A stretch of 46,714 nucleotides of DNA from contig JBAXWY010000020.1 in NCBI GenBank assembly GCA_037128175.1, positions 1 to 46,714 on the forward strand. Reading direction: 5' to 3'. The notes beneath the pieces are model-generated. The model was given only the letters and a program-made list of their open reading frames with translations. It searched no databases and was not told the origin of the DNA. Source of the stretch: Methanothrix sp. Lineage in GTDB: Archaea; Halobacteriota; Methanosarcinia; Methanotrichales; Methanotrichaceae. Below, piece after piece: positions 1 to 11,000 of the stretch (the stretch's first letter is position 1; every line of letters starts with the position of its first letter). Both the position numbers and the translations under genes were made by a program.

Positions 1-248
1 AAACGCACTTTTCTCGGAGGTTTCTCTTAAATGCCAGTAAATAGGAATCCTCGCTAATCCCTCCTATTAATTACGTTTTCATGGATTTTGTCGTCAGACT
101 AAATACTTTTTCTCGGACAGCTTTCTGCCATTTGATTTTCACCGCCAGAACTGCCACCAGTGTTTCGCCCTAGCCTCTTCCTGGTCTGGTGGTAATGATA
201 GTTGGCTCACGGTTTGCGTGAGCTGGCATACGTGGCCTCGGAGAAGAT

Positions 249-569
249 TTATTTATCGTTTTTCAGGTTCATAGCCTCGCGAAGCTTATCCGCCTCATTT
301 CTTGAGGTGGCCAGCTCCTCCATCAAACCGCTCATATCCTTAGTGGCCTGCTCAAGTTCGCCCTGCAGTTTATCCTCCCTGGCCTTCGCTTGTGTGGCCT
401 CTTCCCGGGCATTCTCTTCGGTACGCTTGAGGTGCGTTATCTCCCGCCACGTTTGCTCCTTTTCGGTGCGAAGTTGCAACAGCTCGTGGTGCATCTCTTC
501 CGGGTTTGCGCCGCCGAGGTGCAGGTATGATTCTATCGTTGCAAAAATACGGTGCATTGAGCGGTGCAT
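249..569 (-). CDS. hypothetical coiled-coil protein
   Basis: 106-aa ORF, E/K/Q/L-rich heptad-like sequence; no recognisable motif. Confidence 0.4.
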   Translation of the reverse strand: MHRSMHRIFATIESYLHLGGANPEEMHHELLQLRTEKEQTWREITHLKRTEENAREEATQAKAREDKLQGELEQATKDMSGLMEELATSRNEADKLREAMNLKNDK

Positions 570-643
570 CTTGCACCATAGGATTAATGCATATCTATTT
601 TTACCACCTGTAGAATTCCATAACTTCAGAGGTCAATAGCATT

Positions 644-1817
644 ATGCCGTCAACAAGCCGTCGCCTGGAATATTTCTCCGAATCGGTCATCCGCAAAATG
701 ACCAGAATTGCCAACACTTATGGAGCTGTCAACCTCTCGCAGGGCTTTCCGGATTTCCAGCCGCCAGAACCGCTTTTGCGGGCTCTTGAAGATATAGCCA
801 TGAAGGGACCGCACCAGTATGCAGTAACCTGGGGCGCTCAAAATTTCCGAGAAGCTCTGGCTAAAAAGCAGTCCCGGTTTATGGGCCTGACAATCGATCC
901 GGAGAGAGAGGTCGTTGTCACCTGCGGAAGCACAGAGGCCATGATGACCGCTATGATGACTGTCTGCAATCCGGGAGACAAAGTTGTTGTGTTCTCGCCC
1001 TTCTATGAGAATTATGGTGCGGATGCCATACTATCCGGCGCCGAGCCTATCTTTGTGCCATTGCACCCTCCGAACTTCTCCTTTGATGAAGAAGAGCTAA
1101 CAAAGGCGTTTATGCAGAGACCAAAGGCGTTGATTCTTTGCAATCCCTCCAATCCCACTGGAAAGGTTTTCACAATAGAAGAGCTGCAGTTCATCGCAAA
1201 TCTGGCTGATCGGTACGATGTATTCGTAATAACCGATGAGGTCTACGAGCATATTGTCTACAAGCCGTACAAGCATATTTATTTCGCATCTTTGCCGGGC
1301 ATGTTCGAGAGGACCATTTCCTGCAGCTCTCTATCCAAGACATATTCCATCACCGGCTGGAGGCTGGGATATCTGATAGCTCCGCCGGCAATAATCGACG
1401 GCGCAAGAAAGGTGCATGATTTTCTGACCGTAGGCGCGCCGGCACCCTTGCAAGAAGCGGCAATCACTGCACTTGGCTTTCCTGATGAGTATTATGAGGG
1501 GCTGTGCGAGATGTATACGGAGAAGAGAGACTTCTTCATCAAAGGACTGGATGAGGAAGGATTCACTTACACCTATCCCCAGGGAGCCTATTATGTGATG
1601 ATGGATATATCCGAGTTCGGATGTCCTGATGATACCGCGTTCTGTGAATGGATGGCAAAGAAGGTGGGCGTGGCTAGCCGTTCCGGGCTCTAGCTTTTTC
1701 CGGGAGGATGTAAGACATTTGATACGCTTCCACTTCGCCAAGAAAATAGAGACTTTAGAGGATGCCCTGCAAAAACTCTCCACACTGAGGAGCAAAGCCA
1801 AAAAAGGAATTGATTGA
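644..1817 (+). pseudogene. PLP-dependent class I/II aminotransferase with a 1-nt frameshift near the 3' end (or a sequencing error)
   Basis: Motifs NLSQGFPD, NPSNPTG, DEVY, SLSKTYSITGWRLG. ORF 644-1693 stops early. The normal C-terminus (AVPGSSFF...IRFHFAK) is in another frame to 1817; removing one base at ~1675-1676 restores GVAAVPGSSF. Confidence 0.85.
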
Positions 1818-1822
1818 GAATC

Positions 1823-2272
1823 TCAGAAAAGCTGAGGCTGCTCCTGAGGGTCAACTATACGCCAGAGGTTATCTTCCCGTCCGTTTCCGAAGATATCTCC
1901 TGCGGCTTGGTCCCTGGAAGAGAAGTAGAGCGGCCAGCCCTTGAATGTAGTCTGCTTTGAGCCATCGGTTCTGGTTATGCTGGCAAAGTCAGCGGTATTC
2001 AGACTGTCCGGCACGGTTATCGTTTGGGCATAGAAGGGCGGCCACTTGGAGGCGCAATCGTCATAACAGGTGCTCACGCCACTGGCACTGCCGTCATTTG
2101 AGAAGTAATAAAGAGCAAAGCCGCTCTGATTTACCAGATAATTGCCCTGAAATTTATTCGCCGTGAGGTTCACAGTGTAATTGCTCTCCGCCAGAGCCGA
2201 GATCGAGAGAATCGATACGCACAGGAATAAGAGCACAAGCTTGTGGCTTCTTGACATGTTTTTCACCGCCAA
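1823..2272 (-). CDS. secreted repeat protein with Yx4D motif (COG4315 / lipoprotein_15-like)
   Basis: Signal-peptide-like N-terminus; GFALYYFSND...C...CASKWPP and RTDGSKQTTFKGWPLYF repeats typical of the family. Confidence 0.8.
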   Translation of the reverse strand: MAVKNMSRSHKLVLLFLCVSILSISALAESNYTVNLTANKFQGNYLVNQSGFALYYFSNDGSASGVSTCYDDCASKWPPFYAQTITVPDSLNTADFASITRTDGSKQTTFKGWPLYFSSRDQAAGDIFGNGREDNLWRIVDPQEQPQLF

Positions 2273-2336
2273 TTTCTTATCGGCCTGATAATTAAGGATT
2301 TGCCATTGGCTCGAAAAATAGGATTTTCATAACTGA

Positions 2337-2936
2337 TCACATCGGATGGCAAACACCGCAGGGCACATAGCCCTTCATTTTAGCATCAATAAAACTGGAG
2401 AACCATATTTCGTTACCGGGGCTGATTTTCTTGGCCCAGCGGCATTCCGGATAATGGTATTTGTCAGATTCTGTTGAGCCTACAAATTTCTTACCGGCAG
2501 GGGGACCCGAATTCACATCTGCTTTTACCCACCATTCTCCTGGGTCAAATTCGTTGTCCTTGACATCTTCTACCCTGGCATGTCCTGCGTCCACAAGCAT
2601 GCGGTTAAAGAGATCTCCCACGGTGCCGTTGGCATTGGCCAGAAAGACAACACAGACCTTACGTCCATATCGATCCAGTCCGGTTTTATTGTCCAGATCA
2701 AGGAAAACCAGCTTTCCCAAAAGCTGCTTTCTGGTGTATTCTTTCGCTTCCGGTCCGCCTGTTGTCGCAAGCTCAGGACTGTCGACGTCAGCCAGCCGGA
2801 CAACTCCCAGGCCCTCTACAGTTATGGTGTCTCCATCAGTTACATAAGTGACTTTGCCTCTGGCTTCGTCAGAAAGGGCCGGCACAAGTGGCAATAAAAG
2901 CACCAGCGCCACGAATAATAAAGTCCATCTCCTCAT
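2337..2936 (-). CDS. secreted thermonuclease (SNase-like) with C-terminal Ada-like metal-binding domain
   Basis: Signal peptide; VTDGDT, VRLADVDSPE, DRYGR motifs; C-terminal KYHYPEC...GYVPCGVCHP. Confidence 0.85.
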   Translation of the reverse strand: MRRWTLLFVALVLLLPLVPALSDEARGKVTYVTDGDTITVEGLGVVRLADVDSPELATTGGPEAKEYTRKQLLGKLVFLDLDNKTGLDRYGRKVCVVFLANANGTVGDLFNRMLVDAGHARVEDVKDNEFDPGEWWVKADVNSGPPAGKKFVGSTESDKYHYPECRWAKKISPGNEIWFSSFIDAKMKGYVPCGVCHPM

Positions 2937-3049
2937 TCTTTTTGCCTTCTATTACTATGTTACATTATTCTGGAGTTCTTCTACCTTAAACACCTTCCTA
3001 CAGCTTTTATACTCTTACTACTATAATCGGATGAAATGAGGTATTAATT

Positions 3050-3628
3050 ATGAGCTTTCTGATTAAGGTAGGTAATTTTAACTTCGAATTGAGAAGGAAG
3101 CTATTCCACTTTTTTTTCGGCCTTTTTCTGATATTCATTCTAATTTATTCCTGCAGGAGGAATCTAATAATTTTTCAGAGCTTCGTTCTCATCTTTGGCA
3201 GCATAATGATCGTCTTGATGCAAAAAGGCTGGAAAATTCCTATTGCTGGTTGGCTTGAAGAGACATTTGAAAGGGAGAATGTCAGGTTTCCCGGCTATGG
3301 AGCTTTCTGGTATGTTGTGGGTGCGCTGCTTTTGGCTCTTTTTCTGGGCAATACCGATGAGATTGCTGCCGCAATTGTGGCTCTGGCTGCAGGAGACTCG
3401 GCCGCCACGATTTTCGGCATACGAGGTCGCCACCCTCTTCCCTACAACCGGCACAAAACGATGGAAGGATCGGTTGCATTTTTTGTCTTCACTCTGCCGG
3501 CTTGTCTGTTCGTGGGCTGGATGGGGGTAGAGCTGGCGGCTTTGGCGGCAGTAGTGGAAAGCCTGGACACACCGGTGGACGACAATCTCTTAATTCCCAT
3601 AACGGCCATATTATTTTTTATCTCCTAA
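3050..3628 (+). CDS. polyprenol/dolichol kinase-like membrane protein (SEC59/DGK1/VTE5 family)
   Basis: RRKLFH, GDSAATIFG, KTMEGS and DDNLLIP motifs; multiple TM segments. Confidence 0.8.
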   Translation: MSFLIKVGNFNFELRRKLFHFFFGLFLIFILIYSCRRNLIIFQSFVLIFGSIMIVLMQKGWKIPIAGWLEETFERENVRFPGYGAFWYVVGALLLALFLGNTDEIAAAIVALAAGDSAATIFGIRGRHPLPYNRHKTMEGSVAFFVFTLPACLFVGWMGVELAALAAVVESLDTPVDDNLLIPITAILFFIS

Positions 3629-4125
3629 GCAATGTAGGAGACGCTGGATCTGTCAAAGCCCTGCACCAGTTCCAGTCCCTCATCTTCCGGCTTCCAGGAT
3701 ATATCGGGGTAGGCCAGATGCTTGATGAACTCGCTGCTGTTCAATGCCATCTGCGCGGCCAGGTGCTCTTCTCCCAGAGCCTCTCTCGTGATGGTAAAGA
3801 CCTTTGACTTCACATCTGCCTCATCCAGGTAGCCCAGGGAATGGATGTATTCATGCAGCAGGACATGAAAGACGTAGGGCTTGTAAAGCTCAGGACGCGT
3901 CTCTTTGATCCTTTGCAGCGGGATCTTATTAAGGACGATGACATTGGTGCCGGTGGTGAAGAAGCCTCCGAAAAAGCCCTGCGGATGGTTTCCCAGGTTG
4001 GCCATGCCCAGCATCAGACCACCCCGGCTCTTGCCCATGCTCTTTAATACCAATGATTTGACCAGTTCGAATATATCAGGCAGGGACTTTGCCTCATCCA
4101 GTCGAGTGCGGTAATCAGTGCTCAT
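3625..4125 (-). CDS. conserved archaeal protein with HExxH zincin-like motif
   Basis: HVLLHEYIHSLG motif. Confidence 0.65.
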   Translation of the reverse strand: MSTDYRTRLDEAKSLPDIFELVKSLVLKSMGKSRGGLMLGMANLGNHPQGFFGGFFTTGTNVIVLNKIPLQRIKETRPELYKPYVFHVLLHEYIHSLGYLDEADVKSKVFTITREALGEEHLAAQMALNSSEFIKHLAYPDISWKPEDEGLELVQGFDRSSVSYIA

Positions 4126-4211
4126 TTGAAATGCATATAGGCCAGTCTAAGTATATAATACTAACTTAAAGTTACTGACGGTTGGAGCCACCTCATGATA
4201 TTAATAATAAC

Positions 4212-4535
4212 TCATTCTCTCTGCTGCAAAAGCCCTTTCTCTAGACCAATCTCCATCCAGGCCCAGGCCCAGATCACGGCCTCAAAAGCCCTGATAAGGT
4301 CCCCCTTCTCCAGAAAATACTGGCAGTCGCGAATGTAGGCGGAGACATTCTCCAGGAACTCTCCATCCCCGGATACTTTCTCGTAGAGGTCCTCGGCCTT
4401 TTTTTGCCATTTCACGGTCTCAGCACGCAGGTCTTCTTCCAGTTTTCCCTCCGTGCTTCTCCGGGAGCCACAGGCGGGAGATGGCTTATTTGCCTCTTCA
4501 ATATTTCTTCCCGGGCATCCTTTTTGCGTATTCAT
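4212..4535 (-). CDS. DUF357 domain protein
   Basis: AYIRDCQYFLEKGDLIRAFEAVIWAWAWME resembles the DUF357 consensus; overlaps the hpt stop codon. Confidence 0.75.
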   Translation of the reverse strand: MNTQKGCPGRNIEEANKPSPACGSRRSTEGKLEEDLRAETVKWQKKAEDLYEKVSGDGEFLENVSAYIRDCQYFLEKGDLIRAFEAVIWAWAWMEIGLEKGLLQQRE

Positions 4536-5119
4536 TTCCCATGGTTACTCGGGTCATTTTCGGACTTTGTGACGCTGGTTACATGGCTCTCATCGACCTC
4601 TACATCGACCATGGTCTTGACAGCGTAGCCCTCCGCCCTCAGTCGCTCCACGCCCTCGCCTCGCCTTATTACGACTACTACATCCTTGACAATTGCGCCC
4701 GCAACCTTCAGGGACTGAAGCGTGGCCAGAAGCGTTCCGCCCGTGCTGATGACATCGTCCACCACAATGACCCGATCGCCCTTATTTATGCCGTTTAAGA
4801 AGAGCTGCGACTTGGAGTAGCCTGTGACCTGGGAGACCTCGATCTCGCCGGGCAGGCCGTATTTGCGCTTTCTTATTATCACTAGAGGGATGTCACAGAT
4901 GATGGAAAGGCCTATGCCTATGGGAATTCCCATGGCCTCCACCGTCACAATTTTGTCTACCTCCAGATCGGCAATGCGCATGATATGGCCGGTAACCTCC
5001 CGGATCAGCTCCGGCCTGACCTCGGGCACGCCGTCGGTGATGGGATGTATGAAGTAGTTGTATTCGCCCCTCTTGAATACGGGAGCCTCCAGTAATGATT
5101 TCGTGAGCCTTTCCAGCAT
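4532..5119 (-). CDS. hpt: archaeal hypoxanthine/guanine phosphoribosyltransferase
   Basis: YNYFIHPITDGVP, EAMGIP and PRPP-binding VVDDVISTGGT. Confidence 0.85.
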   Translation of the reverse strand: MLERLTKSLLEAPVFKRGEYNYFIHPITDGVPEVRPELIREVTGHIMRIADLEVDKIVTVEAMGIPIGIGLSIICDIPLVIIRKRKYGLPGEIEVSQVTGYSKSQLFLNGINKGDRVIVVDDVISTGGTLLATLQSLKVAGAIVKDVVVVIRRGEGVERLRAEGYAVKTMVDVEVDESHVTSVTKSENDPSNHGK

Positions 5120-5228
5120 TTTTGAGCCTCAATTCTATGCTGATGCGAAATTCAGGAAATAAAGGTGTTGGATGAGGGCGAGAATTTCCGGAGCGGGATT
5201 TGGGAAAGTGATGCGTTACGGAGAAAAA

Positions 5229-5501
5229 ACCGCAGAGGCGCAGAGGACGAACGCACGGAGACGACTATGGGTCTTCGCTATTTCCCGTGTCTAAACTCTG
5301 GTTACTATAGTTTTCCAATTGTTAGTTAGTCGCTCTGTGCGTTCTCTGTGAACTCTGTGTCTTTGTGGTGGGAGTTCGTTAGTAGTATATATAATAATCG
5401 TGCGATGATTTAGAAAAGAAGGAAGCTTCCCAGCTAATTATAACCAGTGGTTTACTAACGATCCACCACAGAGACACAGAGCGCACGGAGGACGCACAGA
5501 G
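5229..5501. repeat. dispersed palindromic CACAGAG-heptamer repeat element, copy A
   Basis: Arrays of (C/G)ACAGAG and their inverse CTCTGTG. 5270-5370 and 5438-5501 are close reverse complements of 42608-42706 and 42524-42587. Confidence 0.8.
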
Positions 5502-5781
5502 AAAAAAAACGAAAATTATGGGTTGGGATCACACGCATGCTATTTCTTAGGTTGGAATTATAGATATGATGATTATAACCCCGGTCTACGGACGGCCACC
5601 ACGGGGCAAGCGCGCACCAAAGAAATTTAGGGTAAATTTCAAGTCTCTGCGGTTAATAATCCGATAAGGCGAGGAAACTAAAAAATATCGAACTACTGCA
5701 ACCAGCAAATCAAATCCAAACTAACTCAATTATTAACAGGTACATACTTATACATTTTCTAAATATCTTAGAGGTGCAAAA

Positions 5782-7470
5782 ATGTCGGAGAATAAGAGTT
5801 CCATTGAAGATGGAAATGACCTCATCCCAGCCAGCATGCTGGCCGCTTTCGCCTATTGTCCTCGGCTCTGCTACCTGCAGTTTGTGCAGGGCGAGTTTTT
5901 GGACAGCGCCGAGCTGGCCGACGGCAGATTCCAGCACCGTTGGATAGATGCGGAGCAGGACGCCGTGCCTGAGGACTTTGTGCCTTTCCACGCGAGATCC
6001 GTCTCGCTCTCCGCCCCGCAGGCGGGCGTGTGCTGCAAGATCGATCTTTTGGAGGGCGACGGCCAGGTCGTCACGCCGGTGGAGTACAAGCGGGGCGAGT
6101 CTCCCCGCGCGCCCGCGGGCCTGTACGAGCCACATCTGATGCAACTGGCCGCCCAGTGTCTGGCCCTGCGGGAGAACGATTTTTCCTGTGAAGAAGGAAT
6201 GGTCTACTTCATCCGCTCCAAAGAAAGGGTCCCGGTGAAGTTCGACGCCGCATTGATTGATCGAGCAAAGTCAATGCTAACGGAACTACGAAGCACTGTG
6301 GAGCGGGGCGAGATTCCCCCGCCCCTGCGTGGAAGCGTGCGTTGCGATCGCTGCTCATTGGCGGGCATCTGCCTGCCCGACGAGGCAAACCTCTTGCGAG
6401 AGATGGAGGCGGAAAATGCGCTGGTGGGCAAACCTGAGGAAGAGAAGATCAGAATGCTGCTTGCCTGCCGGGACGATCAAGTGCCGGTTTACGTGGTAGG
6501 CCAGGGCAAGACGGTGCGTAAGCGTGGAGAGCGTCTGGAGGTCTGGTCTTATGAAGAAGGCAAGGTGAGCGAAGCCCGGATCCGGGAGATATCCAAGGTT
6601 TGCCTTTACGGGGGTGCGGAGATCACAACTCCGGCCATGGTGGAGCTGATGCAGAGGAATGTGCCGGTGCTGCACTTCTCCCATGGCGGCTGGTTTCTTG
6701 GCATCTGTCAGGGCATGAGCCACAAGAATGTGCTTTTGCGCATCAAGCAATTCCAGTGGGCCGGTGATGAGGAGAAGTCGCTTTCCATTGCCCGGAAAAT
6801 CGTATCCGGAAAAATAGAGAACTGCAGGATTCTCCTGCGCAGAAATGACCCCGAGGTTCCTGCCGGGGTTCTGGAATCCATGGGGCGGCTCGTCGGCCGG
6901 GCGGAAGGCGCACCCAGCATGCAGAGTTTGCTGGGATTCGAGGGAGCGGCGGCGGAGGAATACTTTGGGCGCCTGGGCAGCATGCTCAAGAGCTCTTCGG
7001 GCTTCTCTTTCCAAAACAGGAATAAGAGGCCGCCCAGAGATCCGGTGAATACCGTCCTCTCCTACCTTTACGGCATCCTGGCCAAGGAGCTCTTCTCAAC
7101 AGTTCTGGCTGCGGGCTTTGATCCTTACCTTGGATTTTACCACCAGCCCAGGTACGGTCGACCGGCATTGGCTCTGGATATGATGGAGGAGTTCCGGCCA
7201 ATAATAGCGGATTCCACGGCGCTGACTCTCTTTAATAAAGATGAGCTGACAGAGAGTGATTTCATAAAGACTGGTATCGGCATATCGCTAACTCCTGAAG
7301 CTCGAAAAAAGGTTGTTGCAGGCTATGAGCGCCGGATGCAGATAGAGGTAATCCATCCCATCTTTGGCTATAAGGTGAGCAATCGAAGAGTGCTGGAAGT
7401 ACAGTCCCGGCTTTTGGCCAGGGTTCTTTCCGGCGAGATCAAGGAGTATCCGGCTTTCGTAACCAGGTGA
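5782..7470 (+). CDS. cas4-cas1: Cas4-Cas1 fusion (type I-G/I-U-like)
   Basis: Cas4 part: YCPR, KIDLLE..PVEYKRG, CDRCSLAGICLP Fe-S cysteines. Cas1 part: LLGFEGAAA, RNKRPPRDPVN, GFYH, LDMMEEFRP. Confidence 0.95.
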   Translation: MSENKSSIEDGNDLIPASMLAAFAYCPRLCYLQFVQGEFLDSAELADGRFQHRWIDAEQDAVPEDFVPFHARSVSLSAPQAGVCCKIDLLEGDGQVVTPVEYKRGESPRAPAGLYEPHLMQLAAQCLALRENDFSCEEGMVYFIRSKERVPVKFDAALIDRAKSMLTELRSTVERGEIPPPLRGSVRCDRCSLAGICLPDEANLLREMEAENALVGKPEEEKIRMLLACRDDQVPVYVVGQGKTVRKRGERLEVWSYEEGKVSEARIREISKVCLYGGAEITTPAMVELMQRNVPVLHFSHGGWFLGICQGMSHKNVLLRIKQFQWAGDEEKSLSIARKIVSGKIENCRILLRRNDPEVPAGVLESMGRLVGRAEGAPSMQSLLGFEGAAAEEYFGRLGSMLKSSSGFSFQNRNKRPPRDPVNTVLSYLYGILAKELFSTVLAAGFDPYLGFYHQPRYGRPALALDMMEEFRPIIADSTALTLFNKDELTESDFIKTGIGISLTPEARKKVVAGYERRMQIEVIHPIFGYKVSNRRVLEVQSRLLARVLSGEIKEYPAFVTR

Positions 7471-7476
7471 GTATTT

Positions 7477-7773
7477 ATGAGCGGACTGAATTGCTTTGTA
7501 GTGAGCTATGATATCATGGACAGAAAGAGGCTTTGTAAAGTTCATAAAGCCATGTTAGGATTCGGGCAGCCGGTCCACTATTCTGTTTTTCGCTGCGATC
7601 TCATTCCAAAAGGCCGGGTGGAAATGGTGGCTGTTCTTACCGAGCTGATCAAGATCGACGAGGATCGCATAATGATAATCGACATGGGTCCGACGGAAGG
7701 TGGAGTAGATGGTAGGATTGAGTTTCTGGGAGTGCACCATGAGGATAAAGAAGAGAAGTTTATTATAGTATGA
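7477..7773 (+). CDS. cas2: CRISPR-associated endonuclease Cas2
   Basis: VVSYDI, G-x-x-VHYSVFRC motifs; 98 aa; directly after cas1. Confidence 0.93.
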   Translation: MSGLNCFVVSYDIMDRKRLCKVHKAMLGFGQPVHYSVFRCDLIPKGRVEMVAVLTELIKIDEDRIMIIDMGPTEGGVDGRIEFLGVHHEDKEEKFIIV

Positions 7774-8023
7774 AGTTGTACAAACGCGCCAGTGGGTCCG
7801 GGAGGTAAATGGGCTATCAAGTGGTCCAGTATTACGAAAACTCCCGAGACGACATACGCACTTCTAAGATAATTACGTATAGTTGACGGTATGCTCGCGA
7901 AGCAAGAGCATATCGAATTCCTATCTTTGAATGCATAAACACTTGCAAAATTATTGTATAGTTAACAGAATGCTCGTAAATCGGCTTTTTTCCGATAGCA
8001 GTAAAGGCCGAAAAACGGCAGCT
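7774..8023 (+). promoter_or_regulatory. CRISPR leader
   Basis: Non-coding, AT-richer 250 bp between cas2 and the first repeat. Confidence 0.75.
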
Positions 8024-11000
8024 ATTTCCATGACTGAAAAGTCGTGGCTCAATTGAAACCTGAATTGCTTTTACAGCTCTCTTTAGGCCTTTCTCGGCAT
8101 TTCCATGACTGAAAAGTCGTGGCTCAATTGAAACGAGGTTACCGTCCCGATCAGGGATGGTCTGGAGATATTTCATTTCCATGACTGAAAAGTCGTGGCT
8201 CAATTGAAACCAGGAATCCAAGAGCTAAAATGAAAATCCCGAGCAAACAGATTTCCATGACTGAAAAGTCGTGGCTCAATTGAAACCCAACATTGTCGTT
8301 TTTCCTTCCTCTGTCGGTGTAATATTTCCATGACTGAAAAGTCGTGGCTCAATTGAAACAAGCTTTTGCTTTTGCTGCGGCGAGTTCAGCGGCCTTCATT
8401 TCCATGACTGAAAAGTCGTGGCTCAATTGAAACACAGCTGAAACTATTTCTGTCGGAGTTCCCAACTTTTATTTCCATGACTGAAAAGTCGTGGCTCAAT
8501 TGAAACCACTTTTGCTAGTCCGTTGAGTCTCATCAAAACCCCTATTTCCATGACTGAAAAGTCGTGGCTCAATTGAAACCAGGTATAAGTCGTTATCAAG
8601 TTCCGAGTTATTCGGTACTATTTCCATGACTGAAAAGTCGTGGCTCAATTGAAACGAACTGCTCCCGTTACAGGGTTAATGTATATTGTCTTATTTCCAT
8701 GACTGAAAAGTCGTGGCTCAATTGAAACCCTCCTTGTTACCGTAGGAGATCACGATTGCCTTGTATTTCCATGACTGAAAAGTCGTGGCTCAATTGAAAC
8801 CATTTGGTAAAGCTGGCATATTTGGAAGCGGTATTTTGATTTCCATGACTGAAAAGTCGTGGCTCAATTGAAACGTATATGATCCGAAGAACCCATTCAG
8901 AGAGTCCTGATCGATTTCCATGACTGAAAAGTCGTGGCTCAATTGAAACCCTTAGATGGATTAATAAACTCTTTTAGAAACGCCATCATTTCCATGACTG
9001 AAAAGTCGTGGCTCAATTGAAACTCTAGCATTGTTACGTTGATACGTGCTAGTGACACTAAATATTTCCATGACTGAAAAGTCGTGGCTCAATTGAAACA
9101 CCGCGTCATCGTAAGTGGCCTGTGTCTCGTCAATGTCATTTCCATGACTGAAAAGTCGTGGCTCAATTGAAACATTGAACCGCTTAGTTTTGTTGGCAAC
9201 GGTATATCGCCATTTCCATGACTGAAAAGTCGTGGCTCAATTGAAACGAAGGTTGGATCTAGGTCGCAAAGTAGGCCACCGCCTACATTTCCATGACTGA
9301 AAAGTCGTGGCTCAATTGAAACTGTAATAGCATGAAAACACCGATATATGCCATGAACACCGATTTCCATGACTGAAAAGTCGTGGCTCAATTGAAACCT
9401 ACCTTCTTATTAAGTACCATCTTTATACACCTCTCTATTTCCATGACTGAAAAGTCGTGGCTCAATTGAAACTTTTTTCCTGGCTGAATGAGCCAACGGA
9501 TTCTATTCCATTTCCATGACTGAAAAGTCGTGGCTCAATTGAAACTACACGCCATTAGATATTCTATCCAAGTCATTTAAAATCATATTTCCATGACTGA
9601 AAAGTCGTGGCTCAATTGAAACTGAAGGTGTCGAAATTGGTGTTGTATTCATCCATTGAATTTCCATGACTGAAAAGTCGTGGCTCAATTGAAACGATAT
9701 TAATGTTTTTGCGGAATTCATCGTAATCACCTTCAAGATTTCCATGACTGAAAAGTCGTGGCTCAATTGAAACGAATAATTTGTAATGTTCTTAGCTCTC
9801 TCATTCATATAATTTCCATGACTGAAAAGTCGTGGCTCAATTGAAACTTTAACATGGGATGACCTCCTAAATGCCCACATAATCATTTCCATGACTGAAA
9901 AGTCGTGGCTCAATTGAAACACCAATATTATATACTTCAAGTCTGTCCAACTTTTTGGATTTCCATGACTGAAAAGTCGTGGCTCAATTGAAACACTGCT
10001 GTCTTCATGTCTTTTACCTCTTTTCTATTAGCGTATTTCCATGACTGAAAAGTCGTGGCTCAATTGAAACTCCACATGTAGGCAATTAAATCTCTAGGGC
10101 TCATTTTTATTTCCATGACTGAAAAGTCGTGGCTCAATTGAAACCCAATATCCAATGTTGATTTTCGCAATTGTTTCTGCTGTATTTCCATGACTGAAAA
10201 GTCGTGGCTCAATTGAAACCCGGGAGTTGTTTCAAGCTTATTCGCAAGAACCTCGAAAATTTCCATGACTGAAAAGTCGTGGCTCAATTGAAACCCAATT
10301 GTAATCCTTGGTCAAATGTTTTGATATTGTGGCTATTTCCATGACTGAAAAGTCGTGGCTCAATTGAAACTTTCGGGATTGATATTATTTATCTCCCAAT
10401 TCCCAAATCATTTCCATGACTGAAAAGTCGTGGCTCAATTGAAACCCGAATACTGAAAGCACTGCGGCTATCACGACCAAGATTTCCATGACTGAAAAGT
10501 CGTGGCTCAATTGAAACGCAAAAGGAAAATGGCGCCGGGCATCTACTGATAGCTGGATTTCCATGACTGAAAAGTCGTGGCTCAATTGAAACCAGGCAAA
10601 GTACTATTGCCCCAGTCAAAATGCTTTCATTTCCATGACTGAAAAGTCGTGGCTCAATTGAAACTTTGGTTTCCGTTTTCTCTTGCCAGTTTTACGGTTT
10701 TAATTTCCATGACTGAAAAGTCGTGGCTCAATTGAAACAATTAACTTGGGTTAACATTTGGCTCACCTGTAACGAATATTTCCATGACTGAAAAGTCGTG
10801 GCTCAATTGAAACTCGACATACTGCAGAATTCGCGGCAGCGGCTTTTTGGGAATTTCCATGACTGAAAAGTCGTGGCTCAATTGAAACCCCAACACTTTC
10901 GTGCAATCCTACTCGGACGCCTGTATTTCCATGACTGAAAAGTCGTGGCTCAATTGAAACCCAAGGCGATTAAAGTACGTTTCATCCGTGTACGCAAAAT

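Noticed and set aside
1-127. Short imperfect direct repeat (TTTTCTCGGA at ~9 and ~108)
   Set aside because: Two short copies at the window edge; insufficient evidence
1691-1693. TAG read-through (pyrrolysine) in the aminotransferase or at relE 16093-16095
   Set aside because: In both cases the homologous continuation is in a different frame, so these are frameshifts and not amber suppression
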